Of a stretch of 64,000 nt of DNA, positions 1 through 13,540 are shown one piece after another. The notes below the pieces were generated by a model. That model ran no database searches. It was not told where the DNA came from and saw only the letters and a program-made list of their open reading frames with translations. Source of the DNA: Octopus sinensis. Its lineage: Eukaryota. The DNA lies in the NCBI RefSeq assembly GCF_006345805.1, contig NC_043005.1:48112001-48176000 (forward strand), given 5' to 3'. Made by a program: the position numbers and the translations under genes. Each line of letters opens with the position of its first letter. The first letter of the stretch is position 1.

Positions 1-102
1 CAAGGTGGGAAAAAATAGTACTCAATGCTTGATCACAATTGCTCAACAGCAGTTTTTTGTGATGTTCTTGCAGCTTTGACAATAAAAAACAGTGTGTGTG
101 TA

Positions 103-140
<38 letters not shown>

Positions 141-278
141 AAAGTAAAAAAATATACAAACTGGGACAAGAACGTGAAACATTTAGAAGACGACACAAAA
201 AACACGGACGGGACATTCGAAGCCCTAAATCATCAGTCAAGAACCGGATCATCTTCGCAATTTCAGATGTGTGTATAT

Positions 279-560
279 AAGAAGTTTGAAAACGCCACTA
301 AATAAGATAAATTTTGATTTTCTTAGAGATTTTACATGTTTCAGTTCATCTTGAAAAAATGAACCTCATCAAAAAAATTTTTTAAAGTTAACACCACGTG
401 GACTCTGTTGAGACTAGTAAGAGACAATTATGAACTTTTTTATTACACTTAAGTTTTTAAAATATTTTTGATAAAGTTCGTTTTTTCAGGAAGAACCGAA
501 TATGTAAAATCTCTAAGAAAATTAAAATTTATCTTATATAGTGGCGTTTTCAAACTTCTT
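279..560. mobile_element. Fold-back (MITE-like) element with ~120-bp imperfect inverted arms
   Basis: Left arm aagaagtttgaaaacgccactaaataagataaattttgattttcttagagattttacat... is the reverse complement of ...atgtaaaatctctaagaaaattaaaatttatcttatatagtggcgttttcaaacttctt. Confidence 0.8.
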
Positions 561-984
561 TTTTATAAATATATACCCACTCGTATGCCACCTACACTTT
601 TTATAAATATATAAATACACACACACACACACACACACATGTTTGTATGTATATGTATGTATGTATGTATGTATGTGAGTATGTATGTATATATATGAGC
701 CTGTGCATGTGCATTAGTGTCAACATTGCATGATAGTTGTAAATGAGTGTCATTGTCATGCTAGCTGCATCCTTCATTTCTAATTTTCTGTGAAAACATC
801 TCTGGTCACAGGGAAATATTACCTTCATTGGAAACAGGTGCAGTTTAGTGACAAGAAGGACATCCAGCCATTGAAAATAAATCTGCTTCAATAAACTCTG
901 TCTGATGCAGGTAAACATCAGAAAGTGAATGTTAAACATTATATATCTGTACATTGTGCAACACAATTTAAATATTGGAACATG

Positions 985-1520
985 AACGTGAACATGAACA
1001 TGAACGTCAAAATAAATATCAATGGAAATAGTAGTTGTGATGCCTGTGCCGGTGGCACATAAAAAGCACCATCTGAACGTGGCCGTAGCCAGCGCCGACT
1101 CGACTGGCTTCTGTGCCAGTGGCACATAAAAAGCACTATCCGAACGTGGCCGATGCCAGCTCCACCCCGACTGGCTTCTATGCCAGTGGCACATAAAAAG
1201 CACCAAAAGCACCATCCGAATGTTGCCAGCGCTGCCTTGGCTGGCTTCCGTGCCGCTGGCACGTTAAAGGCTCCAACCAATCGTGGCCGATGCCGGACCA
1301 CCCCGGGCACCAGTGCAGTTTGTACGTAAAAAGCACCCACTACACTTGCGGAGTGGTTGGCGTTAGGAAGGGCATCCAGCCATAGAAACTCTGCCAGATC
1401 AGACTGGAGCCTGGAGCAGCCCCTGGCTTCCCAGACCCCGGTCGAACCGTCCAACCTGTGCTAGCGCGGAAAACGGACGTTTAAACGATGATGATCATGA
1501 TGATGATGATGATGATGAAA
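985..1520 (+). mobile_element. RTE-clade LINE 3' UTR fragment ending in (GAT)n
   Basis: Same sequence follows the RTE ORF end at 7487-8258; ends ...ggacgtttaaacgatgatgat; contains ~67-bp tandem subrepeats. Confidence 0.75.
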
Positions 1521-1544
1521 CTCTGCAGTGGCCGCGATAATAAT

Positions 1545-1745
1545 TCTTTCTACTATAGGCATAAGGCCTGAAATTTTGGGGAGAGGGATAGTCAATTACA
1601 TCAACCCCAGTGCATAACTGGTACTTAATCAATCCTGAAAGGATGAAAGGCAAAGTTGACCTCAGTGGAATTTGAACTTGGAATGTAAAGATGGGCAAAA
1701 TATCACTAAGCATTTTGCCCAGGGTGCTAATGATTCTACCTGCAC
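1545..1745 (-). mobile_element. tRNA-derived SINE family A copy
   Basis: B-box-like gagttcaaattc on the minus strand and central motif ctttcatcctttc...taagtaccag shared with many copies. Confidence 0.7.
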
Positions 1746-2034
1746 ATAAACACATTTTTTCTGCACTCTTGATTTTTCAGCAAAAAGGGAGTCCCTTTAT
1801 GCAGCATTTTCTAGTTTGTTGACTACTCCTCAGAGAAGAGGTACCCAGTTTCCTTTCCCAATCAATAACTTAGATACCTTCCCATATAAAGCAGTCATAA
1901 ATTAGGTTAGCACATTAGTGGATAGCCTAATTTCCATATTGGTGCATTTCATGGTTTGTTGCAAATTAACCCACAAATAGACATTAAATGATGATGATGA
2001 TGATGATGATCACAAGGCCTGAAATGTTGATGAT

Positions 2035-2480
2035 ATATATATATATATATATACATATATATATAATTTGAAAATAGGATAAAATCTTTTTAAGAATTTA
2101 TCAAGTAGTTAGCGTGAAAAACATCATAAGAGAAAAAATCCATCAATTTTCTTCTTTAAATGTATTCGTTTTTATTTTAGGAGTCTCTCCTAGCGTGTGG
2201 CATTTATGTGTAATAATGCCCTCTATAAAATAATAGTATATATATATCATGATGATGATATATATATATATACATATATATATAATTTGAAAATAGGATA
2301 AAATCTTTTTAAGAATTTATCAAGTAGTTAGCGTGAAAAACATCATAAGAGAAAAAATCCATCAATTTTCTTCTTTAAATGTATTCGTTTTTATTTTAGG
2401 AGTCTCTCCTAGCGTGTGGCATTTATGTGTAATAATGCCCTCTATAAAATAATAGTATATATATATCATGATGATGATAT
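2035..2480. repeat. Direct tandem duplication, period 219 bp
   Basis: aatttgaaaataggataaaatc...ccctctataaaataatag occurs identically twice (anchor g at 2070 and 2289), bounded by (TA)n/(GAT)n. Confidence 0.9.
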
Positions 2481-2927
2481 ATATATATATACAATATATG
2501 AAATATGTATATACAATACATGAAATTTTGATTTCATATATATATATAAGGAAGCACTGCATCCTTCAAAACTTCCATGCTTTCTGAGATTCGCCAACAC
2601 TACACCTAATTTTCTCCCCTCCATACACACACAAGCATACATCTGACTCATACATTGTTCGCTTTCCAGACTTTATACGCACTTTCTGACAAGTTGTGGT
2701 GCACCTGAGCACTGTATACAATAATTTCATTATTATATATGAAATCAAAGCAAATTAAATAAAATTTGGGATTTTTGTGGAGGGTGAAAGTGATAACAAA
2801 AACAGGACAGTGAGAACAAAACAGTAAAAACAAACGGTGAGGGATGTTAAGCCAACACGATGTGAAGTTATGAACCCTGGAAAAACAAGCTTTGAGAAGA
2901 GATATATGTATATCATGATATATATCT

Positions 2928-3311
2928 GGGAAGCACTCCATCGGTTACGACGATGAGGGTTCCAGTTGATCCGAATCAATGGAACAGCCTGCTTGTGAAA
3001 TTAACGTGTAAGTGGCTGAGCACTCCACAGACACGTGCACCCTTAACGTAGTTCTCGGGGATATTCAGCATGACACAGAGAGTGACAAGGCCGGCCCTTT
3101 GAAATACAGGTACAACAGAAACAGGAAGTAAGAGTGAGAGAAAGTTGTGGTGAAGGAGTACTGCAGGGATCACCACCACCCGCTGCTGGAGCCTCGTGGA
3201 GCTTTTAGGTGTTTTCGCTCAATAAACACTCACAACGCCTGGTCTGGGAATCAAAACCGCGATCCTATGACCGCGAGTCCGCTGCCCTAACCACTGGGCC
3301 ATTGTGCCTCC
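2928..3311 (-). mobile_element. tRNA-derived SINE family C copy (composite)
   Basis: Minus-strand head ggcacaatggcccagtggttagggcagcggactc...; body matches 61764-62040 and 18212-18512. Confidence 0.75.
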
Positions 3312-3323
3312 GATATATATCTA

Positions 3324-3543
3324 CAGGGTGAGCCAAATGCCATGCACAAAATAAATTCAATATGCTCAGGAATTGTCAAAGGTATGCTTCAGTTTTTCTA
3401 AAATTGAACAAAAGAAATGAAATAATGTTGAATACACATGTACTTGTATGTGATGAACAAAATGAACAATAATAATAATAATAAAAATACTGCACTACAG
3501 AAAAATAGCAAATGTTTTGGTACGTGACTTTTGGCCCACCCTG
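3324..3543. mobile_element. Tc1/mariner-type MITE, 220 bp
   Basis: TA-flanked termini cagggtgagccaaa ... ttttggcccaccctg form imperfect TIRs. Confidence 0.75.
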
Positions 3544-3874
3544 TATATCTATGTCAGTGTATGTATGCATATATATGTGTATGTATAGCCATATGTGAGT
3601 GTGTGTGTGTGTGTGTTTGTATATATACATATGCACATATGTATATATTTCTGTTATACATATATATGCTCATGTGTGTATACATTAGTGTTTATATATG
3701 TATATATATACACACACGAGCTTATTCATGTGTATTTCCCTATATATATGTATGTGTGTGTGTATATATATATATATATATACAAATATACATATGGGTG
3801 TATGTGTATATTTGTATTTATGTGTAAATGCGACTTTATATATATGTGTGTGTCTATCTATCTATATTTATATG

Positions 3875-3907
<33 letters not shown>

Positions 3908-4542
3908 GTATATATATACACACACATACACACACACAAATACTTGTACACATATGCAGTAGCACATACTTTTTGATATGTATATTAATATATGTGTGCG
4001 TATGCATTATGTATGTGTGTGTATGTGCGTGTCTGCATGCGTACGTGTGTGTGTGTGCGTGTGTGCGCGCGTGTGTACATATACTCTTCATTATATACGT
4101 TTATGTGTAGACATGATCAACACGTGTCAGCATGGAACTTTGGATGTGAAGCTGGATGATGTCCGTGACAAAGACGATAACATCAAGCTGAATGTTCGTG
4201 ATACTGCTGCTGCTCATGAAGCTGCTGCTACTGCTGCTGCTGCTGCTGATGATGATGATGATTCCATAGATATTCTTTTGACCATTGATATTTCTATGAA
4301 CAGTATTAATCTGATCAAGAAATATTTTCAACATTGTTTTATTATTTTTCTCTAGGTTAATACTCTGGAAGCATCTCGAAGAATCAATTAACCAAACCAC
4401 TGCTTATGCATTTATGGTAGCTACTCCAAAAGTTATTGCACACATATGTTTGATCCTTAATAAAATTGTATTATCATTCATACCAGTGTTGTTGGCGTTG
4501 GTGGCATTGATGGTGTTGGCGGTTGTATTGTTGCTGGTGATG

Positions 4543-4576
<34 letters not shown>

Positions 4577-5007
4577 TGGTTGTGGTAGTGGTGGTGATGG
4601 TGGTTGTGGCAGTGGTTTTCTTGTTCGGTTTTCTAATGTACATGATTAGTTCTGTTCATTGGAGAGTTATAGCTATATTTTACATTGGTCAAAGAAGCTG
4701 TTTTATGATGGAGAAAGTTCAGCAAGCTTTACGGGAGAGAGGAATGAAAACAAAGAGTGAAGAAGACATGGTAACAGCTTGCGCATGGCAACAGTACGTT
4801 CTTCTGAAGAAGACCTAATGCTATTGATATTCAGTTTATAATCAGATAGATCCAACAAAATCAGTGAATAAATTTCTGAAGATGATAAAAAGTTATCCTT
4901 AAAAATAACCTTTCGAAAGACAATTTATTTTCTCGAAATACAAAAGGGATCAAAAGTGTATGATTGATTATAATAAACCATCATCATCATCATCATCATC
5001 AACGTCG

Positions 5008-5042
<35 letters not shown>

Positions 5043-5049
5043 GTCATCG

Positions 5050-5082
<33 letters not shown>

Positions 5083-5581
5083 GTAGCAGAAGCAGCAGCA
5101 ACAATGACAACAACAGTATATCATTTTTGCATTCCTAATTTGCATAATTATGTCATCATTTGTGATAACCAGCTCGGTTATCATCATAATCTTCCTAATG
5201 AAATTATTTTTTCCTTGTCATGGTCTTGGTATCACCATGGTTTGTGGTATCACCAATTTCCAATCATCTCTTTCTGTCCTTCGTTAATTTTCATATGGAG
5301 AGAGATAAGGCTTTTACTTCCTGTCCAACTGTCTAATGCCATGATTTCAATAATCTATTCTACTTCTAGACTCTATGAACCATCATCTCATGATAAATCT
5401 ATACCTTGTGCTCACTTTATGACATATGCAAATCATTGCAATTTTCTTCCATTTCTCTCTCCCTACTTTCTCTACATGCTATTATTATTTACTCATATTA
5501 TCACTTCAGCTATTCTTAATCTCTTTTAGAATTACGTAACACGACTTGATCACCACATTTCTATTAATTCGTTTTTTTTCA

Positions 5582-5931
5582 AGAGTGGCTGTGTGGTAAG
5601 TAGCTTGCTTACCAACCACATGTTTCCGGGTTCATTCCCACTGCGTGGCACCTTGGGCATATGTCTTCTACTATCTTGTGAGTGGATTTGGTAGATGGAG
5701 ACTGAAAGAAGCTCGTATATATGTATATATATGTGTGTGAGTATGTATGTTTGCGTGTCTGTGTTTGTCCCCCCAACATCGCTTGACAACTGATGCTGGT
5801 GTGTTTACGTCCCCGAAACTTAGCAGTTCGGCAAAAGAGACTGATAGAATAAGTATTAGGCTTACAAAGAATAAGTCCTGGGGTCGATTTGCTCGACTAA
5901 AGGTGGTGCTCCCGCATGGCCACGGTCAAAT
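5582..5931 (+). mobile_element. tRNA-derived SINE family B copy
   Basis: Head gtggctgtgtggtaagtagcttgcttaccaaccacatg, B box gggttcattccc, internal (TG/TA)n, tail ggtgctcccgcatggcc. Confidence 0.85.
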
Positions 5932-5932
5932 A

Positions 5933-6240
5933 TCGAAACCCTCTCCTTGTCGATATATATCAGTGTCCATACTGAAGTAGGTAGTTTCCTTACTAAAGGT
6001 CAACATTTCCATCAAGTTTCTTATTGGTGTACTAGTGCATTCTTTTAGATGGGTGTCTGTCACTAGTTTTTCTTGAATTACTGATAGTGCTTCACCAGTT
6101 TGGACTTTGGTGAACAGACTTATCACATCTAGTTAGTTGATGTCTTTTACAATGGTTGTAATGGATCCTCTCACAGACGAGGGCATGTCCTGCCCTTTCC
6201 ACTACTCTTCTAGTTCTATATATGAATCCACTGAGGAAGA
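5933..6240 (-). mobile_element. Penelope-like element reverse transcriptase fragment (decayed)
   Basis: Translates LDVISLFTKVQTGEALSVIQEKL...NLMEMLTFSKETTYFSMDTDIYRQGEG, resembling the PLE RT stretch SLDVxSLFT...YxQxxGLAMGSP; truncated. Confidence 0.8.
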
Positions 6241-6504
6241 CTGGAGGGTATATCAGCCGAAATTCCACTCTATGTTTAGCCCCTTGTGGGTAATAAAGAA
6301 ATAGGTATATCAGCCGAAATGTTGTGTTAACAACAAACAAGATGAGGACAAATATCCGTCAAATGTAAATAATATAAATAATGTACATAATTCCTCATCT
6401 CTTAAATATAGAACCATATCACATTATGTTTACAGATATGAAATATAGCATCAAAATCCTCCAAATTCCAAGATTTGCAACTCATGGAAGGAGGACTTTA
6501 AACA

Positions 6505-6537
<33 letters not shown>

Positions 6538-7486
6538 AATTAATAATTCTACTACAAGTAGCAATAGTGTACGAGAATTAAAAAGTATTTTGTTGGCTAG
6601 CATCAATGTTGAGTTCAATTTACCTGTCAAGAAATAGTTACCTGCAATGCAGTTTTCTATCCATGGGGAGTTTTGTCTCTCATCTATGTAGCATTATTGG
6701 AACCAGAGATAAACAATGGCTAGAGGTGTCTTGTGGTTCTGAAAAGTATTTGCTTAGATATCCAAGAAATATTGGCAAAGCATAATATTACATTAATTAC
6801 ATCAAGAATGCAACAAATGTGATTGTGAGCTTTTAGTATGTTGGCAACGCTTAAATGAAATTCTCTGGTGTTTTTCACAGCTAAAGTGTAATTATTCAAG
6901 ATGTTGACATGCTCTTCTCTTAATGAGGGGTAATATTTCCTCATCATGAGCTTGTCATTCACTGTCTTAGGAAGGCCAGCAAGCTAGTAAATAAACATAA
7001 TTTTTGCTTAGCATCCACCTTCAGCACTATATATATATTATCCTCTATGTAGCAAAACGAGCAAGAACCAGCCCACATTCTTGAAGCAAGTGCAGTAAAA
7101 TTTGATTTGATAAATCTTGCTACACAACACTTAGCACTATCCTTATTATACGAGAAGTATTGTACAAATTATATGATGATTGAGTTGCTAATTATAACAT
7201 TAGCTTCCACTGTGATGCTAGAAGCTAAAAGTATGTTACCCCTTGCCTAAAGCATATACAGAGATATCATCACCCTTCTAATTAGATCCTCCATCAATCA
7301 GCAATTTGCATTGTTTACTTTAGTCCATATGATAGGTCTCTCCTTTGAACTGTAATGATTGTAATCTTAAAAAGCAAGTTGTTCTTTGACATGCCAATAC
7401 CTTTCTTGTTCAAATATGTACATATTTTCCATTTGTGGATAGTTTTGAAAATGAGGCATATTTATTTGTTATTTTACATTTTTACA

Positions 7487-8227
7487 GTTGTAAAAATGCG
7501 TGCAAGAGAGACGCTTGCGCTGGTATGGTGATGTACTACAGATGGATGAAGAGAGATGTGTGAAGAAGTGCCACTCCCAAACAATTGAAGGAATCATGGA
7601 TAGAGGTAGACCCAGGAATACATGGGATGAGGTGGTCAAGCATGACTTTCGAATGTTGAGCCTCACAGAGGCAAGGACAAAAGATCGAGGCCTCTGAAGA
7701 TATGCTGTAACTGCAAAGACCCGACAAATAAAGTGAGTTCATGGCTGTATCCTACACCAGCTCCACACAACCAGCCCCAGCCCATTCAAAGTACTTTGGA
7801 TTGCAGGATGGCCTGTGGTGCTTACCTTGGATTGTGGGGCAACCTGCTGTGCTTGAGGAGACTTATTAAGTCAAGTACATCAATATCAAAATAAAAATCA
7901 AATGGAATTGTAGTTGTGATACCCGTGCCAGTGGCACATAAAAAGCACCATCTGAATGTGGCTGATGCCAGCACCACCTTGGCTAGTTTCCATGCTGGTG
8001 GCACGTAAAAAGTACCAACTGATCGTGTCCATTGCCAGCCTCCTCTGGCCCCTGTGCCAGTGGAACGTAAAAAGCACCCACTACACTCACAGAGTGGTTG
8101 GCATTAGGAAGGGCATCTAGCTGTAGAAACACTGCCAGATCAGACTGGAGCCTGGTGCAGCCTCCTGACTTCCCAGACCCCGGTCAAACCATCCAACCTA
8201 TGCTAGCATGGAAAACGGACGTTAAAC

Positions 8228-8258
<31 letters not shown>
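7487..8258 (+). mobile_element. RTE-clade LINE 3' end (ORF C-terminus, 3' UTR and (GAT)n tail)
   Basis: QERRLRWYGDVLQMDEERCVKKCHSQTIEGIMDRGRPRNTWDEVVKHD matches the RTE motif RLRWxGHVxRM...RGRPxxxW. Confidence 0.9.
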
Positions 8259-8259
<1 letters not shown>

Positions 8260-8340
8260 CTGTTGTTATGTAGATCACTCTACAATTACTATTAGTACAA
8301 TGATTGCTCCACTACCCATCTTCAGTTAAGAACGACTTAC

Positions 8341-8427
8341 AGCTTCTTTGTTTTGTACTTGTGGTGGCATAAAAGGTATTATAGTGGATGAAATCAGCAC
8401 TTCTCCCTTCAATTTCTTCAAATTTCC
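8341..8427 (-). CDS. Candidate internal exon, product unknown
   Basis: tttttccttcag| ... |gtaagt, 87 nt, open in two frames (KFEEIEGRSADFIHYNTFYATTSTKQRS or GNLKKLKGEVLISSTIIPFMPPQVQNKEA); no recognisable homology. Confidence 0.25.
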
Positions 8428-9090
8428 CTGAAGGAAAAAGTCAGGAGAAGCAAGAATGGTCTGTGCAGATAAACTTACCTTCAGTGTTTGTAGACTGGAG
8501 AACATAGTTGAGAAAGGGCACTTGCTTTTAATTTAGTCTTACTACTCTGTAAAGTCTTTTAACTCTTTGTTTCCTTAATTGGCACTAAGTGATAGTCCAT
8601 CTATTAAGACATTTCCTTTTTTTTTTGTATACTGATCTTTATGTCTTTTTTCTTTGTTTTTTGGGGTGTTTTTTTGTTTTTGTTTTTCATAATTGAGTCT
8701 GCAAACCTTACCTCCTGTTTTTATAACTTGTTCTTTTAATGTTCACATATCTGTCAGTCTTGTGGTAAATAAAAGAAATGATTATTGTGGTTTGGCAGAA
8801 TAGTAAGTAAATGCATCAAACAAATTAGTATTTGTTTTAATCCTTTACATCCTGAGTTCAAATCTCACTGAAATTGAGGTCAATTTTAGATTTCATCTCT
8901 TTAAGGTAGATAAAATAAAGCACCAATGAAATACTGAGGCCAATTTAATCAACTCCATATTTACAAATTTCAGGCCTTGAGCCAAGACCAGAAACAATTC
9001 TTATTATAACTGAGCTGCTCTGATTATAAATATCAATGCTCCATAAATTTACACAGCAAATTTATTCTCTTAAATTTGGAATTTTTGCTT

Positions 9091-9463
9091 TTAACTCTTT
9101 AATGTACAGATTATTCTGTCAAGTGTAATGCTTATTTATTCACACTGTTTTGAATTAATCATGAATTATCTCGTAGATTTGACATTTTGTATAAAAGCTA
9201 CAATGTATCTCTCTATATCTATCAGTTTAATGTTCATGTAGTAAGCTATCAAATTTTTACATTCTCTCAATTTCCTGTAATTCAAGCTGTTTCATGGCCC
9301 CAGCAGACAAAACGGAAACGGCATTGGCATTTCAATGATATTATTGTATATTTTTAGAATGGCATTGTAGTGTAGGTATGAGAGGTTGAGTCTAGCCAGT
9401 TTTAACATAAATCAGGTAGAATATTTAGGCTGGATGTGGCTGGTTTAAATGCTAAAAGTGTTG
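9091..9463. mobile_element. TTAA-flanked (piggyBac-type) MITE, older copy with ~120-bp insert
   Basis: Homologous to 19193-19413 at both ends. Confidence 0.55.
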
Positions 9464-9771
9464 AAACAGTTTAAGATATTCTTGGAGGAAAACTCACAGT
9501 TTCTATCTTTATTAAGGAAGATGGTTATTTTACTCCATCAGCAACAGGCAGTAAACAAATACATTAATTTTTAAAATGATATAAAGAAGAGGAGTAGTTG
9601 AAGTAAGCTATCACAGACATGGTAACTGTAAAGGCCATATATAATATAAGATCTTTCTCCCGTATGGGTTTAAAAAGTTGTGGCAGTCTCAGGAAAGGAA
9701 AACTGTATGAAACAGTGGAAACCTTCTGAAGTGATAAAGAAGTGAAATTGCAGTTTGCTAGCAATTATATT

Positions 9772-9997
9772 TATCTTTGTCTTTTACTTGCTTTGGTCAT
9801 TAGACAGTGGCCATGCTGGGGTACCACCTTGAATTTTTAGTCAAATGAATCAACACCTGTACTTTTTATTTTTTTAACCCTGGAACATATTCTATGGCTT
9901 CTTTTGATGAACTGCTAAGTTACGTGGATGTGAACACACCAACACTGGTTGTCAAGCAGTGATGGGGGCACAAACACAGACACAAAGACACAGACAT

Positions 9998-10034
<37 letters not shown>

Positions 10035-10175
10035 CAAGCTTCTTTCAGTTTCCACATACAAGGCTTTGGTTGGCTCAAGGCTATAGTAGAAGACACTTGT
10101 CCAAACCGCCATGCAGCAGTACTGAACTTTGAACTATGAGGTTGAGAAGCAAACCTCTTTACCACACAGCCGCAC
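9772..10175 (-). mobile_element. SINE family B copy
   Basis: Reverse complement of the family B head, body and tail. Confidence 0.75.
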
Positions 10176-10379
10176 TTATTGCCTATGTATCTTGAAGTAA
10201 TTTAACTTAGTGCTTACCTACAAGAGTCATCATTCTGTCAAAATCATAATTCATATTACACTACCAAACTTAGATTAGTGGTGTTTGGTAACAATGGTAG
10301 AAGAACATGGTGGGTTAACAAATTTCCAGTCTTCTCTCATGAGAAATGCTTGGGAACACAACTGGAGAATCAGCCATTA

Positions 10380-11600
10380 ATTGCACCTGAACATATTGGT
10401 TTCAAATTTCACTACAAGGTCAGCAGTTATATGGAGAGGAGGGGATAAATTGATTACATTGACCTTACTGCTCCACTGATACTTATTTTATTGACCTCAA
10501 AAGGATGAAAGGTAAAGTCAGCTTCAGTAGATTTTGAACTCAGAACATAAAGACAGAGGAAATGCCACTAAGCATTTTTCCCAGTATGCTAATGATTCTG
10601 TCAGCTTGCCACCTTATCACACCTGAACGTATTTTTTGAAGAATTCCGGATCAGTTCCATAGTGAACGTATACAAAATGGTGATTGGCAACGAGACAAAA
10701 ACTAAATTACTTCAGTAGATTTTTCTGCTCCCTATCCAAAATCATCATTGTTTACAATCATCAAAATCAACAGACATCAAAATCAAAACTGAAAAAATAC
10801 AATTTCATCTACACCTTCTACAAATATATCTGAATAATCATCATTAAGAGCTTCTAAGCCACTATCTGGCCACTGCAAGTTGAAGGTTTCCCCAAGCTGT
10901 GCCAAATGATCTTATCCTATTGCACTAAAATTCTAGATTTTTCAATGTCTGTCTCTTTTCTTTACACAATTTTGTCTATTTGATGTTGGGTCATCTTTCA
11001 AACATAAAGAAATTGTCTTTCTTCCAAACATAAAGAAATTATGCAATTCTCCAGAGCACACAGCTATACTTCACTATCCTAGCATGCTATATCATTCTTC
11101 TGTTAAAACTATGAAGTATTATATCATTCTCCTATTAATATTGGGTTCAAATTTGGACACAAGGCCTGTAATTTCAGGTGAGGGAGTAAATCAATTACAT
11201 CAACCTCAGTATTCAACTGGTACTTATTTTAGCAATTCCAAAAAGATAAAATGCAAAGTTGACCTCATCAGAATTTGAACTCAGAACATCAAGACAGACA
11301 AAATACCATTAAGCATTTCACTCAGTATGCTAATGATTCTGCCAGCTCACCACCTTTCCATCCAGCATGCTACTTTCATTCTGCTTCTAATATTGCTTTC
11401 AAATTTCAGCACAAGGTCAGTAATTTCGAGGGTGGGGCAAGTCAATTACATCGACCCCAGTGCTCAACTGGTACTTATTTTATCAACCATGAAAGGTAAA
11501 GTCAACCCTGGTAGAATTTGAACTCAGAATGTAAAGACAGATGAAATGTCACTAAGTATTTTACCCAGCATGCTAATGAGTCTGCCAGCTTGCTGCCTTT
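10380..11600 (-). mobile_element. Cluster of three SINE family A copies (~10380-10620, 11140-11350, 11395-11600)
   Basis: Each carries ...gaatttgaactcagaac... and tactggtacttattt motifs. Confidence 0.7.
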
Positions 11601-13386
11601 TATTTAAATTATATTAACAATAAGAGTGCATTTCTCTTTCTATAGTTTTACTATTTTGTTTTGCATGTGTGTGTGTAAGCCTGATGATGGTGTGAGTGTG
11701 TTATCAGAAGCAAAATTAGATATTGACTAAAGTTTTTACCTCTGAATAGCCATATCATATAAGAGTCAGTCAACTTGTTTGTTGTCCTGACCGACCAGCA
11801 ATAACTTTTACCAAGAGTTTCCTGTTTGATTTCATTAATTCACTATTTACAGAAGAATATAATTTAATAAGGATGCAATAGTTGGAAAGAATCAAGCAAT
11901 AAGATTGACGTGATGTTGCATGGGAGACTGCAGAACTTCATTGTTGATTAGATTTGTCAACTGTAAAAGATTAATTTAAGAGAACATTAGTGAGGATTAC
12001 TAAGTAATTGCTATAAATGTGATACTCATAACCATTTTAATTAATCTAGTAATTTTTAGTACCGTAAGCTACAAAGACTAGGGACAGTTTATACTGCTGG
12101 AGGTTATTAGTTGTAAAAGAAATGACAGAGATTACGTCCTGTCCTTGATGGCTTCAATGATGAGGACCAGTGAGTTTAGTGATGTTCATAATGAGAGATT
12201 GGCAGCGAGATCATGATGATTCCTGGTAGTGGCATTGACAGAAGATATGATTACAAACATGATGGTAGGAGGTAGAAAAATGTCCTAAGAATATTTTGAA
12301 AGATCTGTCTGAAACTATAGAACACTTGATTGCATTTTGATTACTCTATGTAATCAGCATAAACAGTGCTATGCATGATGAAGCACTGGCATCATGTTTT
12401 ATTATCATTCTACCTTAACAGATTTCCAAAGACTGCACTCAACCAAGAAATAGCAAGTTGTGTTTGAAAAGACATTGGTTACAGAAAATAGGCTACAAAC
12501 AATTCAATCTCCTCGTCTCTTTTCATATTTTAATAAATTGTTATTTTCCTTGTCAGGATAAAAGTAGAGAATAAGAATTGAGATATTTAATATGTAAATC
12601 AGGATAAAACTGGCTGGAAAGATGTAAACTACAAAATCCGAACAACAAAACAAGATTTCTCATGAGGTTTATCTTATTTACAATTCAAAGAAATAACTGT
12701 CTCTTTTGGCAAATAAAATTTAGTGAATGAATCATGTGTGTCTCTGTGTGTACATCTGTGTGTATCTATGTGTATGGGTATATATATCAATGTGTGAATG
12801 TGCATATATATATTTGTGTGTGTGTGTGTGTGTGTGGTGTGTGTGTGTGTGTTTGTGCGTGCATACAAATATCAAAAGGCTATGAGTAATATTGTTTGCT
12901 ATCCGTATATTTTAAAATAGTTACACGTCTACTGAATCAGTTAAATCAATAACTAGAAAATATTACTCTTTCTAAATGTTTAACATTAATCCTAGGTTCA
13001 GCAAAGTCTACATTTTTAGACAAATTTAAAATGGATGTGTAGATAAATAGTTCAGAAAGCTTAGTAAATATAACTAAAACATATAGATCGAAAAAGCAAA
13101 CCCATTTGTTTTGTTTGCCATGTATGTTCAACTATATCTGAAAGTAAACTTATAAACAACTGGTATAGCAGGATTTTTCAAGAATATGGATTCTCTTCCT
13201 ACACATAAATAAACACAGACAATAAAAGTCCTGTATTTGTTCTGTTCTCTTCTGTTTCTTTACTGTTTATTAATCTATTCATTTTAATATTTTGAAATTT
13301 TACAGCTACGTCTGCAGAGAATTAAGTGTTCTATACTTGTAGATGATTTAGTAAAGCATAATAATGTGCACGTGTGTTTGTGTGTT

Positions 13387-13426
<40 letters not shown>

Positions 13427-13456
13427 TGTGTGTGTATAGTTACATATGTATATACA

Positions 13457-13540
<84 letters not shown>

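Noticed and set aside
1045-1340. CRISPR-like repeat-spacer appearance
   Set aside because: The 'spacers' are homologous to each other, the array is part of a LINE 3' UTR, and the DNA is eukaryotic with no cas genes.
5582-5660. SINE heads as tRNA genes
   Set aside because: They have A/B boxes but no complete cloverleaf and continue into SINE bodies.
6560-7440. Possible decayed transposase or protease (hAT-like end, CKLLIDGGS)
   Set aside because: Only isolated short motif resemblances, many stops and no termini; cannot be assigned by eye.
10630-11050. Acidic minus-strand stretch resembling a piggyBac N-terminus
   Set aside because: No catalytic motifs or TIRs found.
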